Source: an uncultured Acidimicrobiales bacterium | GTDB taxonomy: Bacteria > Actinomycetota > Acidimicrobiia > Acidimicrobiales > UBA10347 | Length of the DNA stretch: 64,000 bases | Direction of reading: 5' to 3' | NCBI GenBank assembly: GCA_943788915.1 | Contig: CALSSD010000005.1 | Location: forward strand, 434,001 to 498,000 | In this document: positions 12,854 through 22,882 of the stretch, piece by piece | Layout of the letters: every line of letters begins with the position of its first letter | How positions within the stretch are numbered: the first letter of the stretch is position 1 | The notes under the pieces: generated by a model | Databases searched by the model: none | What the model was told of the DNA's origin: nothing | The model's input: the letters and a program-made list of their open reading frames with translations, nothing else | Program-made: the position numbers and the translations under genes

Positions 12854-12997
12854 GGGAATTCTCCATCTCCTCGGTAGTTCTCAGCACAGCATGTCCGCAC
12901 TGATGAATTGGCTCAAGTATCACGTAGGACCAGCGTTTTTGCCTGCCCGTATGGGCTGACATAGCGGTGATGTCGTGACTCAATCAATCAACACACA

Positions 12998-13024
12998 AAA
13001 CCTGAGTCTATTCCACTCAGGTTT
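12998..13024. promoter_or_regulatory. HAIR (HspR operator) upstream of clpB
   Basis: AAACCTGAGT-CTATTCC-ACTCAGGTTT fits CTTGAGT-N7-ACTCAAG with one change per arm. Confidence 0.88.
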
Positions 13025-13050
13025 GAAACTTTTGAGGAGTGAGTGTTGCC

Positions 13051-13980
13051 TCAGGAACCAGGCCGCGTTGGCCGCGTTGGTTTGGTCGGCCTCGTCGGTT
13101 TGGTCGGTGCTGTAGCGGGTCCCGCCGTCACAACAGACGGTGGCAATCCGGGGTCAACAACGTCGGTGGCCGCTACTACATCTTTCACCCGATGTTGACG
13201 GGAGGCCAGCTTGGTCGGCATCGTGGGGACAACCTGGCTCGGAGCTGTTGGTCGCGTTGCGGATTCCTCGATGGCTGCGGTCTTATCTCCAGCGTACGTG
13301 TGCACATAGTCCTGGCCCGACAACGCAGCGATCTCGAACATCACTGCGTCGGTGAACTTGCGCTTGACACGAGGGTCATCTGGGTCGCCGAAGTCACGGG
13401 CCCACATCGGGACGCCGAATCGCACAGTCACGTCCTTGCGGGGCTTCATCATGAACTCGCCCGGAGGTTGGACGTCAAGCGTGCCCACGTGCCCGACCGG
13501 AATGATCGGCGCATCACACCGTGCCGCTAAACGAGCAGCACCGGTGCGGCCCTTGTGGAGGTTGCCACTGCGAGAACGGGTTCCCTCGGGATAGATCATG
13601 AAGAGGTGCCCACCGTCGAGCACCTTGGCTGCAGTATCGAGCGCATCCATAGCCGCCTTGCCGCCAGTTCGGTCGACCGGGATCATGCCAAACGCTGGAA
13701 AAAGATGTTTCGTCTTCCAGTCGTCCATGTATTCGCCCTTGCCAATCGCCCACGCCCGGCGGGGTAAGGCGTACGGCACAAAGATGGAGTCACAGAACGA
13801 CAGATGATTTGGCGTGATGACGGCTGGGCCTTCAAGGGGAACGTTCTCCACGCCTTCGACAGTCACGTTCCATAACCCAGACACCACGGAACGAATCAAC
13901 GCCAAGCCGTACCGGCTAACTCGTTCGTTGCCAGGTAGGTCGGGGGCGGATTCGAAGAGGAACTTCGCCCCCTTGCTCAT
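13051..13980 (-). CDS. Lysophospholipid acyltransferase (PlsC-like)
   Basis: NHLSFCD and YPEGTRS motifs; PTK/PTR-repeat tail. Confidence 0.92.
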   Translation of the reverse strand: MSKGAKFLFESAPDLPGNERVSRYGLALIRSVVSGLWNVTVEGVENVPLEGPAVITPNHLSFCDSIFVPYALPRRAWAIGKGEYMDDWKTKHLFPAFGMIPVDRTGGKAAMDALDTAAKVLDGGHLFMIYPEGTRSRSGNLHKGRTGAARLAARCDAPIIPVGHVGTLDVQPPGEFMMKPRKDVTVRFGVPMWARDFGDPDDPRVKRKFTDAVMFEIAALSGQDYVHTYAGDKTAAIEESATRPTAPSQVVPTMPTKLASRQHRVKDVVAATDVVDPGLPPSVVTAGPATAPTKPTRPTKPTRPTRPGS

Positions 13981-15419
13981 TTGCGAAGCTCGCGACGCAG
14001 ACGTTTGCCAGCAGCAGTCTGCGGCAGCTCTTCGACGATGTGATACTCGGTTGGGCGTTTGTACCGACTCAGCTGCGACGACGCAAACTCCGCAAGATCC
14101 TCGACGGATACGTCACCAGAGATATGAGCGATCACGGTCTCACCGGTTGCACCATGGGCTCCGCCGACAACAAGCGCACCACGCACGTTGGGGTGTTCCA
14201 TGAGCACGTCTTCAACCTCGGCCGGGTACACGTTGAAACCCGACACGATGATGATGTCTTTGACCCGGTCGACGAGGTAGAGGTAACCGTCGTCGTCGAA
14301 CAACCCAACGTCGCCGGTCCACAACCAGCCGTCGTCGGTCAGAATCGATGCCGTCGCCTCGGGATCGTTCAGATACCCCTTGAACACCGATGGCGCCCGC
14401 ACGACGACCTCGCCGATGTCACCGATGTCAACGGGTTCACCGTCGTCGTCGACAAGAACCATTTCAACGCCGGGCAGCGGCTTGCCGACCGAGGTGACAC
14501 GCACGTCGAGACCGCGGCCGGTGGCCAGAGCAGCGGAGGATTCGGTCAGGCCGTAACCCTGGCGAACTTCGACACCACAGTGGGTGCGGAGGCGCTCGTA
14601 GACATCGGCCGGAAGCGAAGCTGCACCCGACCGAGCAAAGCGAACCGAGGCCATTGCGTCTGCAGGCGCATCGGCAGCAGCCCATCGCTGCCACATCGGC
14701 GGGGCGCCAACAATCATGGTGACCTGATGTTCGCTGACTAAACGCAGGCTTTCATCGACGTCGAAACGGTGTTGCAGGACAACAGCACCGCCGGCACGCA
14801 ACGCGCTCAGGATCACCAGGTTGAGGCCCAGGATGTGCGCTGGCGGAAGCACCGCCAGCGATACGTCATCGGCACGAAGCTGCTGAGGGCCATCACCGAC
14901 GATCGACTGCTGTACCCATGCAAGGTTGTTGTGGCTGAGCATGGCGATCTTGGGCGTGCCCGAGACGCCACTGGTCGACAGCAGGAAAGCGAGGTGATCT
15001 GGGTCAACGTCGAGAACCGATGACGGCGCATCGGCTGAATCGGCCACCGTCTTCATGTCGATCAGTGGCGCATCGAACTCATCAGCATGGTCGAGCATGT
15101 CACGAGCAACGGCGCCAATCACGATGCATCTTGCATCGAGAGGTGCGACTTTGCGCTTGAGCTCATTGATCGGCGAATACGGATTTATCGGCGCCACGAC
15201 ACAGCCCGCACCCAATGCGCCGAGCGTGGCTACGACGAAGTGGATCTCGTTGCCACAGGCCACCGCGACATGGTCACCAAGACCAAGCCCCATCGAGCCG
15301 AGGTGGGCGCGCATCGCTGCCACCCGCTCTCGCAATTCGGCATATGAAACGCGGCGGCCGTCTTCGATGAGCGCGATAGATGCGCCGTCGTGCCCGTCGA
15401 TAATGGATGCAAGATTCAC
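13977..15419 (-). CDS. Acyl-CoA synthetase (AMP-binding)
   Basis: TSGVSGTPK, GYGLTE, WTGDVG, DRVKD, AGK motifs. Confidence 0.93.
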   Translation of the reverse strand: MNLASIIDGHDGASIALIEDGRRVSYAELRERVAAMRAHLGSMGLGLGDHVAVACGNEIHFVVATLGALGAGCVVAPINPYSPINELKRKVAPLDARCIVIGAVARDMLDHADEFDAPLIDMKTVADSADAPSSVLDVDPDHLAFLLSTSGVSGTPKIAMLSHNNLAWVQQSIVGDGPQQLRADDVSLAVLPPAHILGLNLVILSALRAGGAVVLQHRFDVDESLRLVSEHQVTMIVGAPPMWQRWAAADAPADAMASVRFARSGAASLPADVYERLRTHCGVEVRQGYGLTESSAALATGRGLDVRVTSVGKPLPGVEMVLVDDDGEPVDIGDIGEVVVRAPSVFKGYLNDPEATASILTDDGWLWTGDVGLFDDDGYLYLVDRVKDIIIVSGFNVYPAEVEDVLMEHPNVRGALVVGGAHGATGETVIAHISGDVSVEDLAEFASSQLSRYKRPTEYHIVEELPQTAAGKRLRRELRK

Positions 15420-15804
15420 GCGCGACTGCCTACCCCTGCTTGCCCTTATGTAAGTGCTTCGACCACGACACTATGACACCGGTCGCCAACCAGCCAATGT
15501 AGCCGGTTCCGCACCCACTGTTGGAAGGCCGAAGAACGTTGCGAGGTCGAACAGCCTGAACTCGTGGACCGCGGCCTGGGGCATCCGATGGCCTGCCATT
15601 TCCCGAGTGTCGAGGGTCAGCCAGACGCGGAGCGCATCGGTTCCGGCGAGTAGATTTCGGTTCGCTGAGACGAAATAATCGATCTGGAATGTCAAGCTCT
15701 GTCAAACCGGCCGAGTACTTCGCTGGGTTTCGTCACAATGCTGCGGTGCAATGAAGTAACGCTCCGCCTTCCCACGCCGCCTGAAGAACCTGCGTGCCCT
15801 ACCA

Positions 15805-16470
15805 CTACCCCAGGTCAGACAGGCTGGCTATGGATTGCAGTGCCGCAGCATTGAGTGTCATGAAGTCCAACGTGCCACCGCTCACGGTCCATTGGCGCAT
15901 GGCTATGCGCACTGCGGACATCGCTGCACCGGCAACGACTTCTGGGCGAGGGTCTTTGAGTGGGTCAACGCCGAGGCGGGCGGCAACCGCAGCGATGATC
16001 TCTCGTTCCCAACTGAACTGCACGACGGCACGGCTGTAGGCAGACACTGCTGGTGAACTGGCCGCCAACCGGGCTTGGAGAAGCCGCCGATCACGATGGC
16101 GTTCGAAGTCTTCGGCGAGCGACAACATGGATTCGCGGACCGACACGAGAATTGGTTCATCGGCGGGACGCGACGCAAGCGACTCGCGCAGCTGCAACCG
16201 TGTGTCGTCGAGATCGCCGTAGAGCAGTGACTCTTTCGTGGGGAAATGTCGAAATAACGTTCGCTGGGACACGTCGGCCCGTTCGGCAATGTCGGTCGTT
16301 GTTGTTGCATCGAACCCTTGGGTCGCAAACAGGTAGTCGCCTGCGGCGATCAGGTCGTCTCGAGTGCGTTGCTTCTTGCGTGAACGACGACCCGCCTCGG
16401 GGTCACTAACTCGTGGCGCAGGGTCGACGAGAACATCGCCGGGTTCGAGTCGCGGTTCGACAGTGGTCAT
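15805..16470 (-). CDS. TetR family regulator
   Basis: GFDATTTTDIAERADVSQRTLFRHFPTKE helix-turn-helix. Confidence 0.93.
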   Translation of the reverse strand: MTTVEPRLEPGDVLVDPAPRVSDPEAGRRSRKKQRTRDDLIAAGDYLFATQGFDATTTTDIAERADVSQRTLFRHFPTKESLLYGDLDDTRLQLRESLASRPADEPILVSVRESMLSLAEDFERHRDRRLLQARLAASSPAVSAYSRAVVQFSWEREIIAAVAARLGVDPLKDPRPEVVAGAAMSAVRIAMRQWTVSGGTLDFMTLNAAALQSIASLSDLG

Positions 16471-16498
16471 CGATGGAGCGTAACCCAAAATCTATTTG

Positions 16499-16532
16499 AT
16501 GTCAGCAATTGACGAATGTCAGCGACTGACAT
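16499..16532. promoter_or_regulatory. Tandem palindromic operators between divergent tetR and lipid operon
   Basis: ATGTCAGCAATTGACGA followed by perfect ATGTCAG-CGA-CTGACAT; overlaps TTGACG and ATAATG promoter-like hexamers. Confidence 0.75.
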
Positions 16533-16543
16533 AATGTATCCCT

Positions 16544-17968
16544 ATGTCTCTCGCCGCAGCCTTCTTCGATCTGGATCGCACGCTGATCCGCAGCTCCTCT
16601 GCTCCCGTCTTTGCTCGTTACATCGCCGATGCCGGAATCACCGAACATCACGACATCCCGCTCGCAAACTTGTTCCTGAAGTTCTACGAAGAGGTCGGCG
16701 AAAGCCGACTGACCATGGTTCCAGCCAAACTGTCCGTGCGCACGTCCAAAGGCTGGAACGTGGCTGCGGTTGCGAAGGCGTGCGAAGCCGCATCACAAGA
16801 GTTGCTCGGAGACATTCAGCCATTCGCCGCTGGCCTCTTCGAAAAGCACCGTGCTGACGGCCTCAAGCTGGTTCTGGCAACAACCTCACCCGAAGCCTTC
16901 GTGCGCCCACTCGCCGATGCACTCGGATTTGATGATGTGATCTGCACCAAGTGGAAGAGTGCCGACGGAAGTTACCTGGGTGAAATCGACGGCGCCTTCG
17001 TGTGGGGAACCGAAAAAGCCGGCGCCGTCGCCGCCTGGGCCGAAGCACACGATGTCCGACTCGACCGCAGCTATGCCTATAGCGACAGTTACTACGACTC
17101 ACCCATGCTTGACCTCGTTGGGCACCCGGTGGCAGTCAATCCTGATCCGAACCTGACCATGACCGCCACCATAAAAGGCTGGCCGATCCGCCACCTCGAC
17201 AAGAACGAAGGTGTCGTCAAGATTGCAGGCCGCGAGATCCAGGAGTGGAGCCGTCCGTTCATGCGCCCCGAGATCGTGGCGCCCTACGCCAACATCACCT
17301 TCGATGGCCTGGCCAATATCCCCGAAACCGGCGGCGCAATCCTGGTCTTCAACCACCGCAGCTACTTCGATACAACCGTCATGGGCCTACTCGCCGCTCG
17401 CTCCGGCCGCAATATCCGTGGGCTCGGCAAGAAGGAAGTTTTCGATGCACCGATCATCGGCAAACTCATGGCGGCTATTGGTGGTGTCCGGGTCGAGCGT
17501 GCGTCCGGCTCCGACGAACCGTTGCTGAAGGCAGCCGAAGCGATTGCTGGCGGCGAGGCTGTCATGATCGCACCCGAAGGCACGATTCCTCGCGGACCAG
17601 CCTTCTTCGAAACCGAACTCAAAGGTCGATGGGGCGCAGCCAAGCTGGCAGCGATGACCAACGCGCCGGTCATCCCAATCGGCTTGTGGGGCACGGAGAA
17701 CGTGTGGCCCCGAAGCTCGCGGTTGCCTCGCCTTCTTCCCGTGGATCGCCCCAATGTCTCCGCAGTGGTCGGCGAACCTGTCGCCCTGAGCTACACAGAC
17801 GTCGATGCCGACACCACGGCCATCATGAAGGCAATCATGGCCCTACTCCCCGACGAGGCACGTGAGAAGCGCACACCAACCGCCGATGAGCTGGCTCGCA
17901 CCTATCCGCCTGGGTACAAAGGCGACCCCAATGCCGAGGCTGTGCGCCGTCCCGGCACCGACACCTGA
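16544..17968 (+). CDS. HAD-IB hydrolase / acyltransferase fusion
   Basis: FFDLDRTL and YSDSYYD (HAD); NHRSYFD and PEGTIPRG (acyltransferase). Confidence 0.93.
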   Translation: MSLAAAFFDLDRTLIRSSSAPVFARYIADAGITEHHDIPLANLFLKFYEEVGESRLTMVPAKLSVRTSKGWNVAAVAKACEAASQELLGDIQPFAAGLFEKHRADGLKLVLATTSPEAFVRPLADALGFDDVICTKWKSADGSYLGEIDGAFVWGTEKAGAVAAWAEAHDVRLDRSYAYSDSYYDSPMLDLVGHPVAVNPDPNLTMTATIKGWPIRHLDKNEGVVKIAGREIQEWSRPFMRPEIVAPYANITFDGLANIPETGGAILVFNHRSYFDTTVMGLLAARSGRNIRGLGKKEVFDAPIIGKLMAAIGGVRVERASGSDEPLLKAAEAIAGGEAVMIAPEGTIPRGPAFFETELKGRWGAAKLAAMTNAPVIPIGLWGTENVWPRSSRLPRLLPVDRPNVSAVVGEPVALSYTDVDADTTAIMKAIMALLPDEAREKRTPTADELARTYPPGYKGDPNAEAVRRPGTDT

Positions 17969-18015
17969 CACCTATTTCACCGATTCCTGAATACCCCCTG
18001 AGAGGACGCCGACGC

Positions 18016-19779
18016 ATGGCCCGCAAAGAACGAGAATTTGAAGCATCCGACCGCATGAGCGAACACGAAGCGCTCATGTGGAATATCGAGAAGGACCCGT
18101 GGCTCAACGCCAGCGGAGCGTCACTCACGCTGCTTGACCAGCCCGCAGACTTCGAACATCTGCGTCGCACGCTCCGAGCTGCCATCGTGCGCATGCCTCG
18201 GTTGTGCGAACGAGTTGTGCCCGGCTTCGCCCGGCTGTCGACACCGGCATGGGCTCCCGACGCAGCGTTTGACCTCGCGTACCATCTGCAGGAAATCGAG
18301 CTTCCGGCCGACGGCAGCGAACGCACGTTGTTTGACCTGGCCACCCGCCTGTACAACGAACCACTCGACCGCACACGTCCGTTGTGGCGTTTTGTCTCGA
18401 TCAAGGGCCTCGACAATGGCGGCGGTGCGATCTACTCCATGATGCACCACGTCATCGCCGATGGCATCGGCCAAATGCGTATGGCCGAGATGTACCAGCA
18501 GCTCACCCGCGACGCTCCCGCTCCTGATGAGGTTGACCTCGAGGCGTTTATCGCCGCCCGTGTCGGAGCGTCACCGGTCAAGGAGTCCGGTGGCGACAGT
18601 GACTCGTCGCTCGCCGACGCGGTGCGCGCCAGCGTTGGCCATCTCGCTCGTCGTCAGATGGGTATTGCTCGCCGAGTTGCCGGCGAGGTCGTTCTGTGGC
18701 CTGCGGACCCCGGCCGTATGAACGAAAAGCTCACGACATTTGGTGAGACCGCCGCGGCCGCAGTGCACCAACTCTCCCCAGCATCTGATGTTGAAAGCCA
18801 TGGTTCACCGCTGTGGACCGGCCGGTCACGACATCGCCACCTTGAACACGTCAGCCTGACTGTCGACGATCTCAAGACAGCTGGCCACGCGGTTGGTGGA
18901 AGTTTGAACGACGCGTTCATGGCTGGTTTGGCCGAGGGTGCCCATCGGTACCACGCAGAACGCGAAGCGCCTGCTCAGACCTTCAACTCAAGTTTTGTGC
19001 TTAGCACTCGCATCGACAGCAAGGCAGGTGGTAACTCGTTCACACCGGTCCCCATCCGTTTGCCAGGTGGGCCGATTTCGATCATCGAGCGGCTGCGACT
19101 CGTGCACCAAGCGACACAAGACGCCCGCGATCAGGCCGAACGCACCGGTGGTGTCGGCGGCCTGTCCGGAATCGCAAACATGTTGCCAACCTCGGTCGTG
19201 ACTCGGGCCGCTCGGTCGCAGGGAGCACGCATCGACTTCGCAACGTCCAACTTGCGAGGCGCTCCCATGGAGCTCTTCTGCGCTGGCGCTCGGGTTGAAC
19301 GAATCATCGCCATGGGCCCCGTCGCCGGAACTGGCGCCAACATCACCGCGATGTCGCACTGCGGTGGTTTCGAAATCGGTATGTTCATCGATCCTGAGTC
19401 GATTACGGAACCACAAGCATTCCGTGACCATGTCGAGCAGGCGTTTGCCGACATGTTCGCCGAGGTTGCGGTCCAGACGCTTGCTGCCCAAGCTCCTGCA
19501 AAACAGAAACCTGCTGTCAAGGAAGCCGCTACTAAGAAGCCGGCCGCCAGGCCGAAACCAGCTGCAAAGAAGCCCGCAAAGAAAGCTGTAGCGAAGCAAG
19601 CTGTGGCGAAGAAAGCTGTCGCCAAGAAGCCTGCGGCCAAAAAAGCGGCCGTCAAGAAAACGGCTACGCCCAAGAAATCTGCTGCCACCGAGTCGGTTGC
19701 CACCGAACCCGTCGCCACAGAAGCACCAGTCACTGCACCTACAGCCGACCAGGCTGCTCCCCCGGAGGCAACATCGTGA
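18016..19779 (+). CDS. Wax ester synthase/DGAT with Lys/Ala/Pro-rich C-terminal tail
   Basis: PLDRTRPLW, HHVIADG, SNLRG; tail KKPAAKKAAVKK. Confidence 0.92.
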   Translation: MARKEREFEASDRMSEHEALMWNIEKDPWLNASGASLTLLDQPADFEHLRRTLRAAIVRMPRLCERVVPGFARLSTPAWAPDAAFDLAYHLQEIELPADGSERTLFDLATRLYNEPLDRTRPLWRFVSIKGLDNGGGAIYSMMHHVIADGIGQMRMAEMYQQLTRDAPAPDEVDLEAFIAARVGASPVKESGGDSDSSLADAVRASVGHLARRQMGIARRVAGEVVLWPADPGRMNEKLTTFGETAAAAVHQLSPASDVESHGSPLWTGRSRHRHLEHVSLTVDDLKTAGHAVGGSLNDAFMAGLAEGAHRYHAEREAPAQTFNSSFVLSTRIDSKAGGNSFTPVPIRLPGGPISIIERLRLVHQATQDARDQAERTGGVGGLSGIANMLPTSVVTRAARSQGARIDFATSNLRGAPMELFCAGARVERIIAMGPVAGTGANITAMSHCGGFEIGMFIDPESITEPQAFRDHVEQAFADMFAEVAVQTLAAQAPAKQKPAVKEAATKKPAARPKPAAKKPAKKAVAKQAVAKKAVAKKPAAKKAAVKKTATPKKSAATESVATEPVATEAPVTAPTADQAAPPEATS

Positions 19780-21269
19780 AGCAGCTCACCGGGCTCGATA
19801 CAAGTTTCCTGAACCTGGAGACGTCGACATCGTTCGGCCACATCAGCAGCCTGTCGATCTACCAGCGACCTACAGGCAACAAGGACTTCGATCCGTACCA
19901 AGTACTTCGCGATCAGATCGAATCGAAGCTCGGCCTCCTCGAACCATTCCGCAGGCGACTGGTCGAGGTCCCACTCGGCCTCGATCGTCCGTACTGGATC
20001 AGCGACCCCGACTTCGATCTTGACTTCCATGTTCGCCACATCGGTGTACCTGGCGAAGGTAACGACCAACAGGTTGGTGATCTTGTCGGCCGACTCATCG
20101 GTCGGCCCATGGATCGCTCCCGTCCGTTATGGGAGGCCTACGTGATCGAAGGGCTCGCATCTGGCGATTTCGCTGTCTTACTCAAGCTGCACCACAGCAC
20201 CATCGATGGCGCTGCCGGGGCCGAAATGGTCGCATTGTTGCTCGATCCTGAAACCAGCGACGAACACCGCAACTGGACGCCCGAATCCGAACCCGGCACC
20301 GGCGAACTCCTCGCCCGCACCGCATTCGGCATGGTCAAGACCCCTGCGAAGGCCCTCCGGTTACAGATCAAGATGTTGAACGAACTCGGTCGAGTCACCC
20401 GCAACCAGGGTTTCACCACGGTCGCTGGTTCGCTACAGCGAGGCATCCCTGGTCCTGCTGGCGAAGTTGTCCGTCGAGCGCTCGGCTCGCCTGACAAGGC
20501 CGATGAACAAGACCAGGTTCCGCTGCTACCCCGTATGGGCGGCCCTCGCACCCCGTTCAACGCCACGATCACCGCACATCGCCGCTTCGCGTACAAGGCG
20601 GTGCCTTTCGAACACGTACGTGCAATCAAGAACGAACTCGGCGCGACCGTGAACGACGTCGTGATGGCGGTCTGCGCTGGTGGTCTGCGTCGGTACCTCG
20701 ATTCGCACGACGAACTACCCGACGAGAATCTGATCGCCATGATCCCGGTCTCAATTCGCACTGGTGAAGAAACCGAGAAATGGTCCAACCGAGTGTCGGC
20801 GATCTTCGCCGATTTGCCGACCACCGTCGACGACCCGGTCCAGCGAGTGGCCGATGTCCACCAGTCCATGGTTGCCGCCAAGGGTCAATTCGACCTGATG
20901 CCCGCGGACATGATTGCCGATCTCAGTGACTTGGCTCCGCCGGCGCTAGCCGTTCGCGCCGCCCGATTGGCAGCCCGTACCCGGCTGGCTGATCGCACCA
21001 ATCCACCGGCAAACTTGGTCGTCTCAAATGTGCCAGGACCGCGGGCTCCGCTGTTCCTCGGTGATGCCCAGTTGCTGCACTACTACCCAGTGTCAACCGT
21101 GGTCGACGGCCAGGGCCTGAACATCACTGTGCAGAGTTATGTCGACTGGCTCGACTTCGGTCTTGTCGCCTGCCGTGAACTCGTGCCCGACCTCTGGGAT
21201 CTGCTCGACATGATCGTCGATGATCTCTACGCACTTGCCGACGAGGCGGGTCTCAAACTCAAGCGTTAA
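19776..21269 (+). CDS. Wax ester synthase/DGAT
   Basis: PMDRSRPLWE, HHSTIDG, SNVPGP, GLNITVQSY. Confidence 0.95.
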   Translation: MKQLTGLDTSFLNLETSTSFGHISSLSIYQRPTGNKDFDPYQVLRDQIESKLGLLEPFRRRLVEVPLGLDRPYWISDPDFDLDFHVRHIGVPGEGNDQQVGDLVGRLIGRPMDRSRPLWEAYVIEGLASGDFAVLLKLHHSTIDGAAGAEMVALLLDPETSDEHRNWTPESEPGTGELLARTAFGMVKTPAKALRLQIKMLNELGRVTRNQGFTTVAGSLQRGIPGPAGEVVRRALGSPDKADEQDQVPLLPRMGGPRTPFNATITAHRRFAYKAVPFEHVRAIKNELGATVNDVVMAVCAGGLRRYLDSHDELPDENLIAMIPVSIRTGEETEKWSNRVSAIFADLPTTVDDPVQRVADVHQSMVAAKGQFDLMPADMIADLSDLAPPALAVRAARLAARTRLADRTNPPANLVVSNVPGPRAPLFLGDAQLLHYYPVSTVVDGQGLNITVQSYVDWLDFGLVACRELVPDLWDLLDMIVDDLYALADEAGLKLKR

Positions 21270-21313
21270 CCCTGGTTCATCGTCGCCCTTGTCCCCGATG
21301 CAGTTAGAGAGCT

Positions 21314-21616
21314 CTAATCGGATCGAGCGACGACCTTCCGAAGCTGTTCGAGTGTCGGCGAGCCCGCTGGACCCTCCGGTGTCTGATAGATGCGACACGA
21401 CAATCCAACCAGGTCGCCCGGCCCGGCGAAAGGATCGTGACCATCTACCAGGATGCTGGGTGAACCACGAAACCCAGTGCGAGCGGCTTCCTCGGCGGTA
21501 TCAACGATATGGCGAGTAATCAATATCTCGGGATGCTCGACGACGAGCGTCTCAAGATGGTCGTTGGCGATGAGCCAGTTAGGGCAATCGTCGAAGTACA
21601 GCAGCGTGATGTTCAC
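21314..21616 (-). CDS. Small thioredoxin-fold protein
   Basis: LLYFDDCPNW, FRGSPSILVDGHDPF, LSCRIY. Confidence 0.8.
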   Translation of the reverse strand: MNITLLYFDDCPNWLIANDHLETLVVEHPEILITRHIVDTAEEAARTGFRGSPSILVDGHDPFAGPGDLVGLSCRIYQTPEGPAGSPTLEQLRKVVARSD

Positions 21617-21663
21617 GGTTACCAAGATAGACGGGCGAAGATCATCGTCGGTCGAGGAAAACG

Positions 21664-21955
21664 CTATGGCCCGACCACGTACTCCGGACATGTCGCGAGG
21701 TACACGTCGCCGGTGTTCTCCCCCGGATCTACCCGCACCGTGAAGTTGGGGAAGTCAACAAAGGCCAACTCAGACCCACAGAACGAGTACAGGTCGTAGT
21801 CACCGACTGGCATCGGCTGTCGATAACTACCGTTGCCGTCTGAGGCAATCGTGAAGTTGTCGAACCGTCCAGCAAAAACAACCTGGCAGAAGGCGCCGTC
21901 GTAACAGGTTGTTATGTCCGACGCCGAACCGAGCGGATGCGGACCGCCTGCATGG
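21664..21955 (-). pseudogene. Start-less open frame, possible 3' gene remnant
   Basis: ~100 codons without a stop (...FTIASDGNGSYRQPMPVGDYDLYSFC...) but no upstream start codon. Confidence 0.35.
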
Positions 21956-22056
21956 GGTGGTCCCTACCTACCCCTCGTGCGGCTCCAAAAAGGGCTGCCT
22001 CAGCTGATGCCCCGGCGTGTTATCGGTCACGCCGCCGGAGGTATGGTGAGTGCACT

Positions 22057-22854
22057 GTGACTGCGACCCAGGTGATACCCGAAACCGGTGTTGACGCACC
22101 ACCGTTCTGGATGACCGCCCTCGAGTCGCGGGCCGCGCTCGAGTATGCGAACTGGCGCGTGTTGCTGCCATTACTTCGTCGACTTCCCGTGGGCGACGGT
22201 CACCCCGTGCTGGTTTTGCCTGGATTCACCGCCGCCGATCGTTCGACTGCTGCGCTGCGCTGGTTGCTTCGCGATCTCGGCTATCGCACCTACGGCTGGC
22301 GTCTCGGCACGAACCTGGGACCAACCCCTAACATCCTCGAAGGACTTGATAAACGAGTCGCCCGCATTCGCAGGAGCAACAACAATGCGCCGATCAGCGT
22401 CGTTGGGTGGAGCTTGGGTGGCATCTTTGCCCGCTATCTGGCTCGAGAAAATCCCGAACACTTTCGTCAGGTCATCACGCTGGGCAGCCCATTTCGCACC
22501 CGTCTAGGCGACCGCAGTGCCGTATCCGGTCTGTGGGACTCGTTGTCACCGCTGCACGATGCCGACTTCCTCGAAGCCTTCGCCATGGCGGAACGACCAC
22601 CGCTGCACATTCCTGCAACGTCGGTCTATAGCCGCACCGACGGCGTCGTCAGCTGGAAGCTGTGTTTGGAAACCAAGAGCCCGATCGCCGAAAACGTCGA
22701 AGTCTTTGGCAGCCATTCCGGCATGGGCTTCAACACCGCCGTTGCGTATGTCATCGCTGACCGACTCTCGCAACCCGTAGCCAACTGGCGCCGATTCCGG
22801 CCGCCGCTGCTGCTACGAGGGCTCTACCCGCGGGCCAAGAACTACCGGGGCTAA
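22057..22854 (+). CDS. Alpha/beta hydrolase (lipase/esterase-like)
   Basis: PVLVLPGF, GWSLGG nucleophile elbow, DGVV, SHSG. Confidence 0.9.
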   Translation: MTATQVIPETGVDAPPFWMTALESRAALEYANWRVLLPLLRRLPVGDGHPVLVLPGFTAADRSTAALRWLLRDLGYRTYGWRLGTNLGPTPNILEGLDKRVARIRRSNNNAPISVVGWSLGGIFARYLARENPEHFRQVITLGSPFRTRLGDRSAVSGLWDSLSPLHDADFLEAFAMAERPPLHIPATSVYSRTDGVVSWKLCLETKSPIAENVEVFGSHSGMGFNTAVAYVIADRLSQPVANWRRFRPPLLLRGLYPRAKNYRG

Positions 22855-22882
22855 CGACCGCGTCTTGGGCGTGCGCCAGCCG

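Noticed and set aside
15430..15790. Small ORFs between the ligase and tetR
   Set aside because: No motif or convincing start; could be a remnant but unsupported.
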